Under the pieces are notes generated by a model, which worked only from the letters and a program-made list of their open reading frames with translations, searched no databases and was not told the DNA's origin. The position numbers were made by a program, and so were the translations under genes. From contig NW_024704743.1 in the NCBI RefSeq assembly GCF_018977255.1, positions 71,488,001-71,552,000 on the forward strand: a DNA stretch of 64,000 nt, written 5' to 3'. Shown here in pieces: positions 1-12,077 of the stretch. This DNA is from Callorhinchus milii. Its lineage: Eukaryota. Each line of letters begins with the position of its first letter. Within the stretch, counting starts at the first letter, position 1.

Positions 1-342
1 ATCAGTGATGGACTTTTTGATCCTCTCTCCTGAAATCCTTATCTTCTCTCTCTGTTCTGGAGGGACTATCGTGGTGCTCAGCCTGTTCATCTGCTTCCCG
101 ATATTTTGCCTGGTTTTCTGCATGTTTTCTCTGGAAAAAGCTTTTTTGATATTATCCACCTGCTTCTTGCCAGTTTTCTTGAGGCGCGCAGCGGTGGTGT
201 TTTCTTCGTATACATATTCTTCATCGGAAGAAAGATCTGGAGGTGGCATGTGTTCTGTAGCAGTGTGCTCCTCTTCAACCACAGCCGAGCTGCCTTTAGG
301 AAGTTTTTTATAGGCGACGGAAGAGGCAATTTCATTTTCTTC
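1..342 (-). CDS. CAVIN4: Caveolae-associated protein 4 (MURC), coding exon 2, partial (runs off window start)
   Basis: Acceptor tttcgcAG at 344-343, phase 0. Manual translation: [122 protein letters not shown], [18 protein letters not shown] and SGERxKKSI match CAVIN4. This frame is not in the ORF track because it has no start codon. Confidence 0.92.
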
Positions 343-2566
343 CTGCGAAAGGACAAAATGCAACTTTTATTCTAGATTTTTATCCCCTCACATTAGGAGT
401 ATTCTCAGTATGAAATCAATGGAAGTTATTATTCCCGCAGTCACGCAGTAGCCGTGTAACCATATAAATACACGCCTTCCCCACTCCCGGCTCAGGTGCC
501 ATCCAGGACTCCGAAGAACTTTGAGATATCCTCCTGACTTGAAAGGCGCAGTATAAACGTAAATTGGATTGGATTGTATGCACTGGAGATCATTTGGAGG
601 AATCTCAGTAAACATTGTTACTTTGTCAGCCTCTTTGGAGGTGTTCAAATAATTCAATTATTTTCCCCCTTAATATCTATATTATGATCAACTATTTATT
701 TGGGTTAAATTGAATGAAGCTCATTAAAAACAGAATAATCTGGTTGTGGGGGCAGCAGATCAATGGAGTGTTTGACTGAGAAAGGGGCTGTTGTTGCAGT
801 TGTGATCATTCATCAGTGCTCTGGCAGTGCTCTGGAGAAGGGTTGGGCCTTAAATGTTAACCTTTTTCTGATGACCTAACCTAAATGTTAATGGATCATC
901 TTCACATACTCATCCACCTCCTGTGTTTTTCCACCTGTTTCTATTTCAGATTTCCAACATTCAGTTTTATCTCTGCACAGAATAAATCTCAGCATTGTTA
1001 CTTACAAATATAGTGGTTCAAATTTCATCCAGTCTTTTCTTGTAAAACCATTTAAATGTAGGATTGCACAGAATTGTGAAAAATTCTTCAATTCAGTCTG
1101 ATTTAATTTAGAAGCTCTTTCTTTATTAAGCGCTGAGTAAATCTAACTTCAAACAAAGACTGAATTAAAGAATTTTCAACAATTCTGAACAATCTTAAAT
1201 TTCAAGACAAAAAACTCTTACTGGTTAACACAAGGTGGAATTTCAGGCCTGTGAGTCCTTGTATGAACCATAATGTTCCTGGAGGAATGTACCAGATGTA
1301 GGTAGGTGGGGGCTAAACTACAGTTATTTTCTTAATGGGATTCCTTAATAAGGAATCCAAGCATTATAAATAGGGATTCCTTGTCATTGGAAATGTGTCG
1401 CTCTGATCCAATCAACTTCTGGATCAAAATTCCTGTGCATCAACAAGAATTCTAATCAGGATTAAATCCCATTAAATCCCCAAAACAGCAAATTGGAACA
1501 CAAAATTAGCCAAGATGACTTGCACCTGGAATGCCAAACTATCCTGGATATCAAGTATATTGTCTTTTATTTCCCTATGTATAACTTTAATACCTCTACT
1601 TAAATGGAATTGAAACCAGAAGCCAACAGCCCATTCCTCATTCTGTTAAGAAATGTAACATGAATCTTTAATTGTCTGCTGTCCTAACATATAGAAGCTA
1701 GATGTACTAAAACTAAGTTGATTGCAGGAATCTTCTGCTGTTAAAACAGTCCAGCATACGTTTGCGAAATTGATAGGAGGAGATGCGATACATGACAAGA
1801 TTTAGCTCTTCAGTTCATTTATGAGGATGTGAAATTAACGGCTCAAGAAATGCTGGTGCATCAAGTTCCAGCGGTTAATTAAGTAACAGTAGTGTATGAA
1901 ATCTAACCAAGGATAGTGCAACATTGTGAAGTTTCTGAACATACTTCCATGTATTCATCTATGCATGAAAGCCTACAGGACAAAATAATCTAGTGATTAC
2001 CAATCTGAGTGAGAAAATCAAACACGCAGTGTATTTATCTCCATATTATTTTTCATGTGGGCAGCAAATAGTCACTGCTCCACAGCCATCAATCATCAAG
2101 GCAAGGTGGCACAAGGCCAGCTGATGCACTAATATTACTCTGTGCTGTCATATACGTTTTACAGCTGTGGCTCCACTCCCAAATCATTTATTGTTTCATT
2201 TCATTTTATTGACACAAAGAATGGCTGTTGTATTACAAGGTGCTTGAAACAAACTTAAAGCAAGGGAAAGAAACATGTCTGAGGAATTGTAATGTTTGAC
2301 TTTAAAATATTTAACAAACTCTTAAGTTTTGTTGTAAAAACAAATTGCAATGGATGATACGCACCCATGGGCAGGACAGCTTATTTATAACATGATTCCT
2401 GCTGAATGGACTTGAACTGCAAATAGCTCCACAGCTCCTGTGACTTATGCCTTATGCCTGCCATAGCTCATACTGAAGGAACTAGCCAAAGTGTTAAATG
2501 AAGGATTAGCCAACTTGCCTCTTCAAACTAGAAATGCTCAAAGTATTTATTTCGGTTGAAGCTTAC

Positions 2567-2980
2567 CTGGAATATGACCACTCGAAATTTATTCCTTTTC
2601 AGTAGTTCATTGTGGTTTCCTTCAACCTTTTTGACCTCAGCGTTTGTTCGATCCAGTCGCTGTCTGACATCTTTCATGTTAACGTTGATCTTTCGGGTTT
2701 TCTCTAGTAACTTTGCCACCGAGGTGTCTGTCGTCAGGTGAGCCTTATGGAGCCTTGCAACATCGATTTGTATCATCTTAACGGTGCTTTCAATTTCCAT
2801 CTGCTGTTGCTGCATCTTTTGCTGAGTTTCATTAACAGTGTCAACAATCCCGGCCACTTTCTCCAGGAGAGTTAATACAGCTAATGGATCAAGTGGAGCG
2901 TTTTCTTCTTCGCCAGCATGAGTGGTCGACATGTCGAAAGCAACCTTGCTAGAATCTGAATGCACCCGTTCCTCGGCCAT
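2567..2980 (-). CDS. CAVIN4: CAVIN4 coding exon 1 (138 codons, HR1 coiled coil)
   Basis: ORF MAEERVHS...LLEKVAGIVDTV...KLLEKTRK...KRNKFRVVIFQ is followed by donor GTAAGC at 2566. The phase-0 join to exon 2 gives VVIFQ|EENEI, the conserved cavin intron position. Confidence 0.93.
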
Positions 2981-3009
2981 GCTGCTGCTGGTTCAGAAAG
3001 CTCTCCTCC

Positions 3010-3310
3010 TGTGGCTAATTTAAAACATGAACTTTGTCTGAGTTTAGGCAAAGGGGGTGGAGGGGCACGACCAATACTGTGTTCCACGCTGTGCTGGCAG
3101 GAGGCATCAACCAGCCATTCTCACAGATGATCCAAGACTAAAAAGGTAGCGTGTGACTCCACCTACCTCTGGAAGCCACCCATGTTTTACGGCTGTCACG
3201 CATCCATCTTGAATTATTGACATACTTGGGTGTGCGAGGATGGATTCTAACCCGAGTGTGGAAAATACCTTTAATTCTCACACTGGTGAGCGGACAGCTG
3301 TCCTCCTTCA
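3010..3310 (-). promoter_or_regulatory. Putative CAVIN4 proximal promoter / 5' UTR with muscle-type motifs
   Basis: Repeat-free region upstream of the ATG. Contains an AT-rich MEF2/TATA-like GGCTAATTTAAA (3013-3024), a CACC/GC box (3051-3066) and a palindromic E-box GGACAGCTGTCC (3292-3303). Motif matches only. Confidence 0.35.
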
Positions 3311-4379
3311 GTAAAATCTGAAATCTCATCTGACAGCTTTTAACTGCAGTACATAGCTGCCTTTTTATTTTGGTCATCGTTATAAGTTTATAGAACAGGA
3401 TGCCTGACAAGGCTTTAACAAACACAGACATACAGAGCACAAATTAAAAATCAAAACTGTTATTTAATAATGCACAAACTGCTTTTGCTGTGAGGAGTTT
3501 TTTTTAACAATTTTCATGGTTTTCTCTGAATTTTTGTAAGATTGTGAGATTGCAACATTAGCAAGTTTCAAGCAGTAGAGTCTGGCTGGATGAACAAAAA
3601 GGAAAACATTCATCCTCTCCCACCCAGTGTGCTATATGACAAGAGTTTACTGAGTTCCCTCTAAGATCTCTCCATCACCTCTTTCCATTCCCGTGTCACT
3701 GGTTCAATCGTGCCCTTTTACCTTAACATGCTAATAGAATTTGATTAAATAATAGAATAATTAATTGATGGATTGCATAGAGAAATTAATTAAAAATTTA
3801 GGACAGCTGAAAGTTAATATTTTATTTAGAAGCTAATGTATTCTGTACCACTGGGCTACAAAGAATGCATTTTGAGGCTACAGTACTGTAGTAGTAAGTT
3901 CTCATTGAGATACATCAACTTTGTACAGGTTGGAAATGAATTGAAGTGAATTTGCACTCGGAAATGAATTGAAGTATAATTGAGCTTGGGCAACAATCAT
4001 CAATGAAAGACAGAATTTTTAAATAAGATGGAAAAATGTTGCAGTGTGGGTAAAGCAATTCCAGATTGTGTATCTGGAAAAAGAAGGAACAAAAAGGCAG
4101 ATGGAAATTGCTGGTTTACCATTTTAGATGAAGATCACAGTGTTGTGTGGTTTATGCTGCAAATGACACACACGGAGAATAATCAGAAATGATCTATCCT
4201 CATTTTGATTATCATCTGAATTAAATTCCAGCCCAAATTAGCCTTAATGACTTTGTATGGATCATTTGAATATTCCCCCCCTGTTTTTCTCCCAAAGGTG
4301 CTGGCTGGCGAATTTGGGACATCATTTTTGCCAACTGTGAACATTTAACCTGGTCCAGAATTTTGTCAGCTTACAGAAT

Positions 4380-4860
4380 CTCAGAGGTCACTACAGCCAA
4401 ACCACATCCTCTGCTTACCCGCTGAGCCTGCACATTCCAACAGGTTACTATGTAGCCATCAGGAGAAGGAACTGGAGAGGATTTTTCCCTGTTCCTAGCC
4501 CAAGGTCACTGTACCCAATTGTAGCGGCTGTATTCTCAGCCTAGCTGAGATCAGCTAATATAACACAGGTTAGGAACCAAATTTTGGACCTTACTTTTCT
4601 GTAAAGCTCAGCATATTAGGTGTTAAGGGAGCCTTTATTTTATTTTTTTCCCTCCCATCAATTTTGTTCCCTCCCCTCCGAATGATACTGCTGGCAGATG
4701 GCCATTATTTATGTGTGAGTGTTGGCAGGCTATTTGGCCTTGGAAGGAAACAAGAGATATGTCTGATCCTGATCTCACCCAGAATCCACAGGCAAGAACC
4801 TCCAGCAGAGGTCACTGGATAGCAGTCAGGAGCAGGAAGCTTGCTTTCCCCTTCCCTAAT
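4380..4860 (-). repeat. Two fragments of an old SINE-like interspersed repeat
   Basis: AGAGGTCACT...GTCACTGGATAGCAGTCAGGAGCAGGAA-type segment occurs twice. Related segments lie at ~17560-17700, 41330-41540 (opposite strand) and ~58680-58780. Confidence 0.45.
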
Positions 4861-4867
4861 TTAACAG

Positions 4868-5553
4868 TAATCATCCTTGCATTTCATATAGTGCCTTTTC
4901 ACGTCTTCAAGACGTCTCAAAGTGCCTCACAGAATATACTGTAAAGTGAATTGACTGTATATTTTTGTGGGCGAAACACAGCAGCCAATTGTGCACAGCA
5001 GTGTCCCACAAACAGTCGTGGATTGAGTAACCCATATTTTTAAGGAATTATAACCCCCAGAAAAGCGATCCACCAATCGATTAACACCCGGGTTCCTACT
5101 TACTGTGGAGTCCTGTAGCTCAGTGGTTAGAGCACTCGCTTTGCAAGTGAGAGACCTGAGTTCAATTCCAGGCAGGGCGAAACCTTGGGCAAGTTTCCTT
5201 ACTCCACACGCCTAATAATAATCCCTCCAAAACTAAAAACAATAATTAAATTGGTCATTTTCAATCTACGACTGTTTGTGGGACATTGCTGTGCGCAATT
5301 GGCTGCCGCGTTCGCCCACAAATATACAGTCAATTCACTTTACAGTGTGTTCTGTGAAGCGCTTTGGGACGTCCTCCTGACGTGAAAAGCGCTATATCAA
5401 ATGCAAGGATTATTATTATTATTTTTTATTCTGGTAAACTGAAATGTTATTATTATTATTACTGCTAGGTAAACAGAGGAGTGTGGAGTAAGGAAACCCA
5501 AGTCTCTTGCTTGCAAAGCGAGTGTTCTAACCACTAAGGTACAGGTACTCCAT
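4868..5553 (-). mobile_element. tRNA-derived SINE (long variant), host of a nested SINE
   Basis: 3' tail AATCATCCTTGCATTT at 4868. Body continues to 5105 and resumes at 5461. The reverse-complement tRNA head lies at ~5500-5553. Colinear with the copy at 39085-39535. Confidence 0.8.
5106..5460 (+). mobile_element. Full-length tRNA(Ala-like)-derived SINE with Deu-like body and (ATT)n tail
   Basis: A box TAGCTCAGTGG, loop TTTGCAA, B box GAGTTCAATTCC, body TGTTTGTGGGACATTGCTGTGCGCAATTGGCTGCCGCG, L2-like 3' end GCGCTATATCAAATGCAAGG(ATT)n. Flanked by TTACTG direct repeats. Confidence 0.9.
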
Positions 5554-6475
5554 ATTTTAAAGTGGTGAGGCCAATTGGAGCACCTTTGGTGGACACTAGT
5601 TGAGATCAAATAGCTAAGCATAGGCTGAGAATGGATCTTGAATCCTTTTGGGTCTGGATAGCTCATCTACCAACTTACTGAGTCTGTGAACCTATTTAAA
5701 ATGTTGAATTTTATACTAATTTGAACTATTGAACCCAAAAAACTATGTTTTATTAAGATTAATTTTAAAAATGTTACTTTTATTCTGACGTGAGAATGAC
5801 AATGTAAGTACAGTCTGAGATTTAATCTGTTTTGCCTTGAAAATTCCCATCTCCCGATGCTGCAGTGTTTGATTATTTGATTGTTGGTAAAATTAAAACC
5901 CTTCTGCAACCAAATTCTAATAACATTCATTCAGAGCTTCCCAGGAGCATGCTGACCATCAACACTGAAGTATTTTATGCAGAATGAAACTACATCTTGC
6001 ACACTTAATTTTTTTTTCAAAAGACAAGTATGTTTCCTTGCTATCTATATGTGCAGTTAACATAGGAAGAAAGCATCAAAAACAGTTGGAAATTCCAGAT
6101 GGACTCTTTACTCTACAGATGTTAAATAATCTTGAATAGTTCAATAACACAGAGTTAGGGTTGAGTCATAAGTTTGGATCTAAACTGAAGTTCATAAAAA
6201 ATCAAATTCTGTATTTAAACAGAAACGCACAGCACTGAAACTGCCAACCATTTTAACTAGGCTTGTGGTGATTAAGTGAAACTATGATTCCCTCTTTCTA
6301 ATGTTACAATGGTTAATTTCAAAACTTTTGCCTACACTGAGGAACACAAGTGTTACTTAAACTCACAGCTGTACGAAGCAATGGGGTCTAATATGTGTAA
6401 CTTCTAACAGGATTCCTTAATAAGAAATTAATGTGGTGGGGGAGGCTCCTTCCCATAACCAGAAAAAACACACAA

Positions 6476-6600
6476 ACAACAACTTGCATTTTTATAGAAA
6501 CCCTCACGCAGGGTAGTGTCCCAGAGTGCTTGACAGTGGCGGAGCTCGTCACCGAGCTGGGGGGAGGTGACCGTAGGTACGGTCGAATAGGAAGGCCTTC
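6476..6600 (-). mobile_element. L2 LINE 3'-end fragment
   Basis: ACAACAACTTGCATTTTTATAG tail, the same as the termini of the long L2 copies. Confidence 0.65.
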
Positions 6601-6799
6601 AGGTGTGACCTGAAGATGGGGAAGGAGGGGGCAAGGCAGAGGGCAATATACCAGCTGGATGTGCTCCAAAAGTAAATCCCATCAGAGTTCTCATGAGTCA
6701 GAGTGACTGGCTTAAGTTTACCTTATTTTAAGAATTTGGTCAGACATCATCACATACTAGATCACATTTTCCTTTAACAACAATGTACGGGGGGGCGGT

Positions 6800-7003
6800 A
6801 CTAATCCTAATCCCTCCAAAAAAAATAATGATTTGGTCACTCAAACCACGACTGTTTGTGGGACACTGCTGTGCGCAATTGGCTGTCGTGTTTCACCAAT
6901 AGAATAGTCAGTTCACTTTACATTATATCCTGTGAAGCACTTTGAGACATCTCAATGATGTGATAAGGCACGACATCAAATGCAAGATTATTATTATCAT
7001 TAC
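6800..7003 (+). mobile_element. 5'-truncated SINE, same family as 5106-5460
   Basis: GACTGTTTGTGGGACACTGCTGTGCGCAATTGGCTG...AAATGCAAGATTATTATT. Confidence 0.8.
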
Positions 7004-8023
7004 AATATCGTGGTCATCAACATGATTGCATTGAGTAGACTTTCTATTTTACACTACAATTATATATTGATCAAAATCAGTCGGAGTCTGTTTGCTAATA
7101 CTTTCAAATATGATGAAGTACCTTTGTGGCTGTCCTTTCTTATTGCTGGTAACAGAAAAACATTGGAGAAATACATTACTTTTGACTTGAAAGGCAGCAT
7201 TTAAATACAGATAAGGAAACTGATGGGCTTATTTGTAGATCATAAATTTTTTTTGGCTGTTGTATATTCCACATGAATGTCTTACACTAAAAGAAATGAA
7301 TGGCAGCACAAGGATATGAATGTTATGAAAATGAAATTGAAAATCATGTCTTGAATAGAAAGGAATTGAAAATCCTTGAGAAAGGGAGGCTTAAACCCTT
7401 GTTTATTTTTCACATCCTGTCCACATGCATTACATTAAAAATCTACCGCCATGACTTCAAATGTACACAGAAAACTTTATAAAACTACAAATTAGGAACT
7501 CACAGCTTTTTCTTTAAAATACTTGTCAGTTTCAGTGTTATGCAGTATAAAAAGACACATCAACGCATACTTAAAAAGCAGTACATGGCTTACATTAGTT
7601 ATTTCTGATCATGTTGATTTTTACAGACACATACAACATGTTGGTGGGAGGTTTCTAATCGGGATGGTACGCAGTCCTTCAATTGTACATTTCAATTCTA
7701 TAAGTGGGAACCATTGTAATGCCAAAATGCTGGTTTTAAAAGAGGGTGAATTTATAGTGCAGCTCATGCTTTTTTTTAAACTGGGCCTTTCAATGTGTTT
7801 AAAACACCAGACAAGATAAACACTGTATTATTATTATAGGCTAGGAATTAGATTGACCATGTCTTTATGAATAAACCTGGAAAATGTCATTAAAACAGTA
7901 ATTCACTGGAACTTTACCACAAATAAAATTACTTTTTGGCTTTGTAGGGCTTATTGTGGATAATAAAGAATTTTGGCAAACTGGCTGAGAACTGAACATA
8001 AAATGAGATAGCTCAATTTCTGT

Positions 8024-8029
8024 TTTATT
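8024..8029 (-). promoter_or_regulatory. Candidate TMEFF1 polyadenylation signal AATAAA
   Basis: TTTATT on + strand, about 1.1 kb past the stop, in a repeat-free AT-rich 3' UTR, with a U-rich tract downstream. An alternative signal lies at 7402-7407. Confidence 0.4.
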
Positions 8030-9135
8030 GTTAAAGGCCAACATTGCACTGCTTCCTGGGGCAATAGCTTTTCCAAAGGCAACTGAGCCTCTGTCCCTGC
8101 AATGAAAGAACCATGAAAATGTTAAACTACAGCCCATAATGCACAGGTCCAGTAGGTGACACTCTTGTGTTTTTAGTACTGGTTGAAAAGTAACTTCAAC
8201 TACTAATGCAATTACAGTGCATTTTTCTCACAGCATGATCGTAACTAATAACAATGTTTCAGTTCAATTGTTTTTGAAAAAAATGCTTTGAATCCCAGTA
8301 AACACATCCAATTATCAAGCTAACGTTTTGCTCTACAAAGACACATCCTTTTCCTTGTGGCGCACACCACAAACACCACCAGTTACATTTAAGTGTTACT
8401 AAATTTACATCAAGGGGAATCAAATATAGATATAGTGTCAGAGATATCAGAATGGCAGTGCTCAGATGTCAACCACAAACTTAATCCGAACAGCTTTGAA
8501 TTTTAATCTACTCACAGTTCACAGTTCCACAAATCATGCACCTAGTGTTCGAAAAGGCAGCAGTTACCAATAGATTTGAAAAAAAAGATCAACTTTTGCT
8601 GACTTATTATTTACTTTGTTTCACATAAGGAAAGTCAGTTGTAAACTTTTGAAAAAGTTTTTCTTTCAGCACATCCTGTTCATGCTTGGCTTTATACCCA
8701 TTCAGGTAGTTTTACTTTTGCCTTTTAAGAGTCAATTGCAATATATCATGACCACCGTGGTCAGCTTATTACACAGACGTACGTTAGTGGCACAAATTTT
8801 GAAGTACAAAAAATCATTCCCTTCATTAGTACATTATTTCAATAATAGCTGCATCATCTTAACTTTTTTTTGTTGTTTGAATTTTTTTCTAGAAATCCAT
8901 CTGTTGATGGGAATGATGAAAATCTCAGGTACCATTAGACTGTCTTACTTGTTTGCCAGTGGCAGGATCCTGCAGTATAACCAGACACTGTATAATCCGT
9001 AAACTGGCAAGGGTCCAGAAAACCACGGCCTTCCAAACAAAAATCTCTTCTTCTCAAGAAACAAAAATCGATTGTAATTCAGCAACTGGTGAGATATGGT
9101 GAATGAAGGAAAAAGAGTATTCAAAAAAAATCAAA

Positions 9136-9226
9136 CTAGACCATCCTTGATGAAGTGGTGCAGTCTGCATTAAAATGTCCTAGGTTTTGCTTCTGCCGAC
9201 GTCCCCGGTTGTTTTTTGGACATTTC
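9136..9226 (-). CDS. TMEFF1: TMEFF1 last coding exon (cytoplasmic tail)
   Basis: AG at 9228-9227. Encodes (R)KCPKNNRGRRQKQNLGHFNADCTTSSRMV then TAG, matching the human TMEFF1 tail KCPKNNRGRRQKQNLGHF...SSRMV. Confidence 0.95.
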
Positions 9227-10845
9227 CTGTAAACGAAAGAGAATAATCACTGCTTTAGAAATGTAATTCTCAGTGGTTTTTACTTGTTTTGTGCTGTTAA
9301 GATTTGTCTCACTTGTGATTCAAGCGAACACAAAGAGACTGCTCTGCCATTGCTATTTAAAGAATTGTGGAGTCTTTCAATAGTTACTCTGGCTTAATCC
9401 TCCTTAACCAAATGTACCTCCAAATTCAAATTAATTGGCAACTCATTGTTGCTGGAACAGCTTCGCTGCTGTGTTTATCTACACTTCGAATCGATCAGAT
9501 TTTGTAATGTACTTAAAGACATTTATTCTTACATGGAAGGTGCTATAGGAATGCAAGTTATTATGTATTTTCATTCTGATTCAGTTTTTTGTGGATTTTT
9601 ATGCTCATTAAGGTGAGGGATGGGAAATAGAATAGATTATTAGTTCAGGCACCAAGCGTGAGCATCAATTACTCTCATATTCAGGCATAGCATGACCAGC
9701 TGCAGAAAATCTACCTCCAATTAATAATGCATCTACCCTCATTTAAGTAATCATACCAACTACCATAGCAATGTGATGTTTCTACTTCCCCGAGGGACAT
9801 TATTAAATTAGCGGTGTTTTGAGCTTTGACCCCGTGTTCATTAAGAATTGGGTCGAAATGGCCAAAACGCATTTCACACAGCACCCTTATTAATAATAAT
9901 GATTTTTATACATGATATAGCGCCTTGGGACGTCCTCCCAACGTGAAATGTGCTATACAAATATAATTTGTTATTCTTGTCGCATTGGTAAGATGTCTCA
10001 AAATACTTCATGTGATTTACTGTAGAGTATTGTGACTGTATTCTGGAGGTGAACAGTCAGAGAGATAGAGAGAGGATGTTGATCCCATCAGTGTGGTCTG
10101 GTCCTAGAGATAAAAGTGTAAGTCTACTCATACCACTCAATTCTCAAAACAACTCTGAAAGAAACAAAAAGCTTTGGGCACCTTTGGCTGATGAGTCTTT
10201 GAGGCATACATTATCTTTTTATCGCTTTCAAAACTGCCCTTCACAGAGGCAAATTGGAGAGGAAGCACTTTGCACCTCGTCACTGACATAGAGACGTGGG
10301 ACACAGCCAGCCTGCAACTGCAATTGGCCATATGGTGCTTCACCAAAGGGAGAGCGAAACAATCAGCAGGAATGTCCCCTGCTCCTGTGCACGTGCAGAA
10401 ATCTGGTTGGAAAGCTGTAGCACCACAGACCAAGGAGCAGGTCCCTTATCCTCACCCACAAAATACACAATCACTATACTCTACAATAAATCCTGCGAAG
10501 CGCTTCAAGACATTCTCCTGACATGAAAAGCACGATACCAAATATAAATAGTATTATAATGGTTAGTTTTTATCTACCCATTTCTCTTTGGCGTGGTTCA
10601 CTGTGTAATTGCCCCCGCCCATCCCCCACAGGTGCTCAGCCAGTAAAGTCCTTTGAGACCTGCTTCCAACTTGAAAGGTGTTATATAATTGAAAATTGTT
10701 GTTGGTGGCGGTGGGGAGGCAGGAGAGAAGTGGAACATAAGTAAGATATTTTATTTTGAAAACATGCTCATCAAGCTCCACAAATGTACATTTTTACATT
10801 TGCTAAATTGACCGTGGCAATTATTGTTGAGAGCATTGCACCCAC

Positions 10846-11004
10846 CTTGTTATACACATCACCACAGCAACTATTATAGCAATCTGCACCGCTCCAATTA
10901 TTGCTGCAATTAGGACATAGTGAAGCTTCTGGCCACTTGGAACGACATACAGGATATTGAAGTCCCTGTTTTCACAGCGCTGTCCAGTATATCCAGATTC
11001 ACAG
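10846..11004 (-). CDS. TMEFF1: TMEFF1 exon (EGF C-terminal half + transmembrane helix)
   Basis: CESGYTGQRCENRDFNILYVVPSGQKLHYVLIAAIIGAVQIAIIVAVVMCIT(R). AG at 11006-11005, GT at 10845. 159 nt, phase 2/2. Confidence 0.96.
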
Positions 11005-12077
11005 CTGCAACAAAACACCCACGTTACCAATAAATAAGAATTTCTCATACTTTATCTGATAAATTGCGTGAAGTGTATTTTGCATTGGATTCGTTTTTAT
11101 AGTAAATAAGCCTCGCAGGAACTGTTTGCAAACATCCCCTCTTTGGTGCAGTTTTTCTATTGAGCTATGTTGTGTGAGTGGGGACATGGACCACCCTGTG
11201 ATCTTGACATCCACAAAACAGATGCAGTTACAGGTCTCCATCTGGGAATATAGGAACATCTAGAAACAAAAAAAGTCAGTGTGCGCTTGCTGGAATTACT
11301 TAAAGCTTATATATAAAAAAAACCGACTCTTTCATAATGTTTTTTTCCTGTCCTGTACATTCTCAGTGTTATTAAGCGCCTTGCTAGAGCAGGAGTTTGC
11401 TTATAACCCAGGTCTCCTGTGACTCAAGTTACTAGATGTACAATACACTTTTGGGTTAAACAGGATGCTAGTAATGTTTGTGTGAACAGTCGCAGCTGAT
11501 TGGCTGTGCACGCACAGGAAGTGACATCGTAGTGATCTGATGACCCAGAAGTAGGACAAGTAGTCATGTTTTTCCATGGACCCTTTATGTCTGATTTTTG
11601 TCTTGAGCCGCAGCTTTATAATGGGGTTGCTCTGTATGCTTCCCGACGTGAAAGGCGCTATCCAAATGTAATCTTGTTGTTATTATTGTTGTATACTTCT
11701 ATGATCACAGTTATGTTTTATATGGGAGTTTATATTCAAGGGTCAGGGCTGTTCAGTCTAAGCATTCAACCAGGAAGGAAGCTTTCCCTGATATTAAGAT
11801 TGTACATTGGTATGTTATCATGCAGACAGCACCGTTCCCCTGTCACAAAAGTATGTTGAACATTTAGTAACTGGACTGCCTAACTTCACCCAATGATCTA
11901 CACAAACTGTTGTATTTTATACAGCCAATTGATAAAAAAAAGTTTGAGGTGAAATCTACAGTTTCACATATTCAATCATTATTTGGACTCTTGGTCACTA
12001 AATATTAGTGATCAGCATGGGGAGGGAGAGGCGGGGGTGGAGATCTGATAGAGATCAGCCTGCGTGTGTGTGCCAGC

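Noticed and set aside
5106..5180. tRNA-Ala(TGC) gene (also at 42522)
   Set aside because: No proper acceptor stem. It runs straight into a SINE body and tail and is multi-copy.
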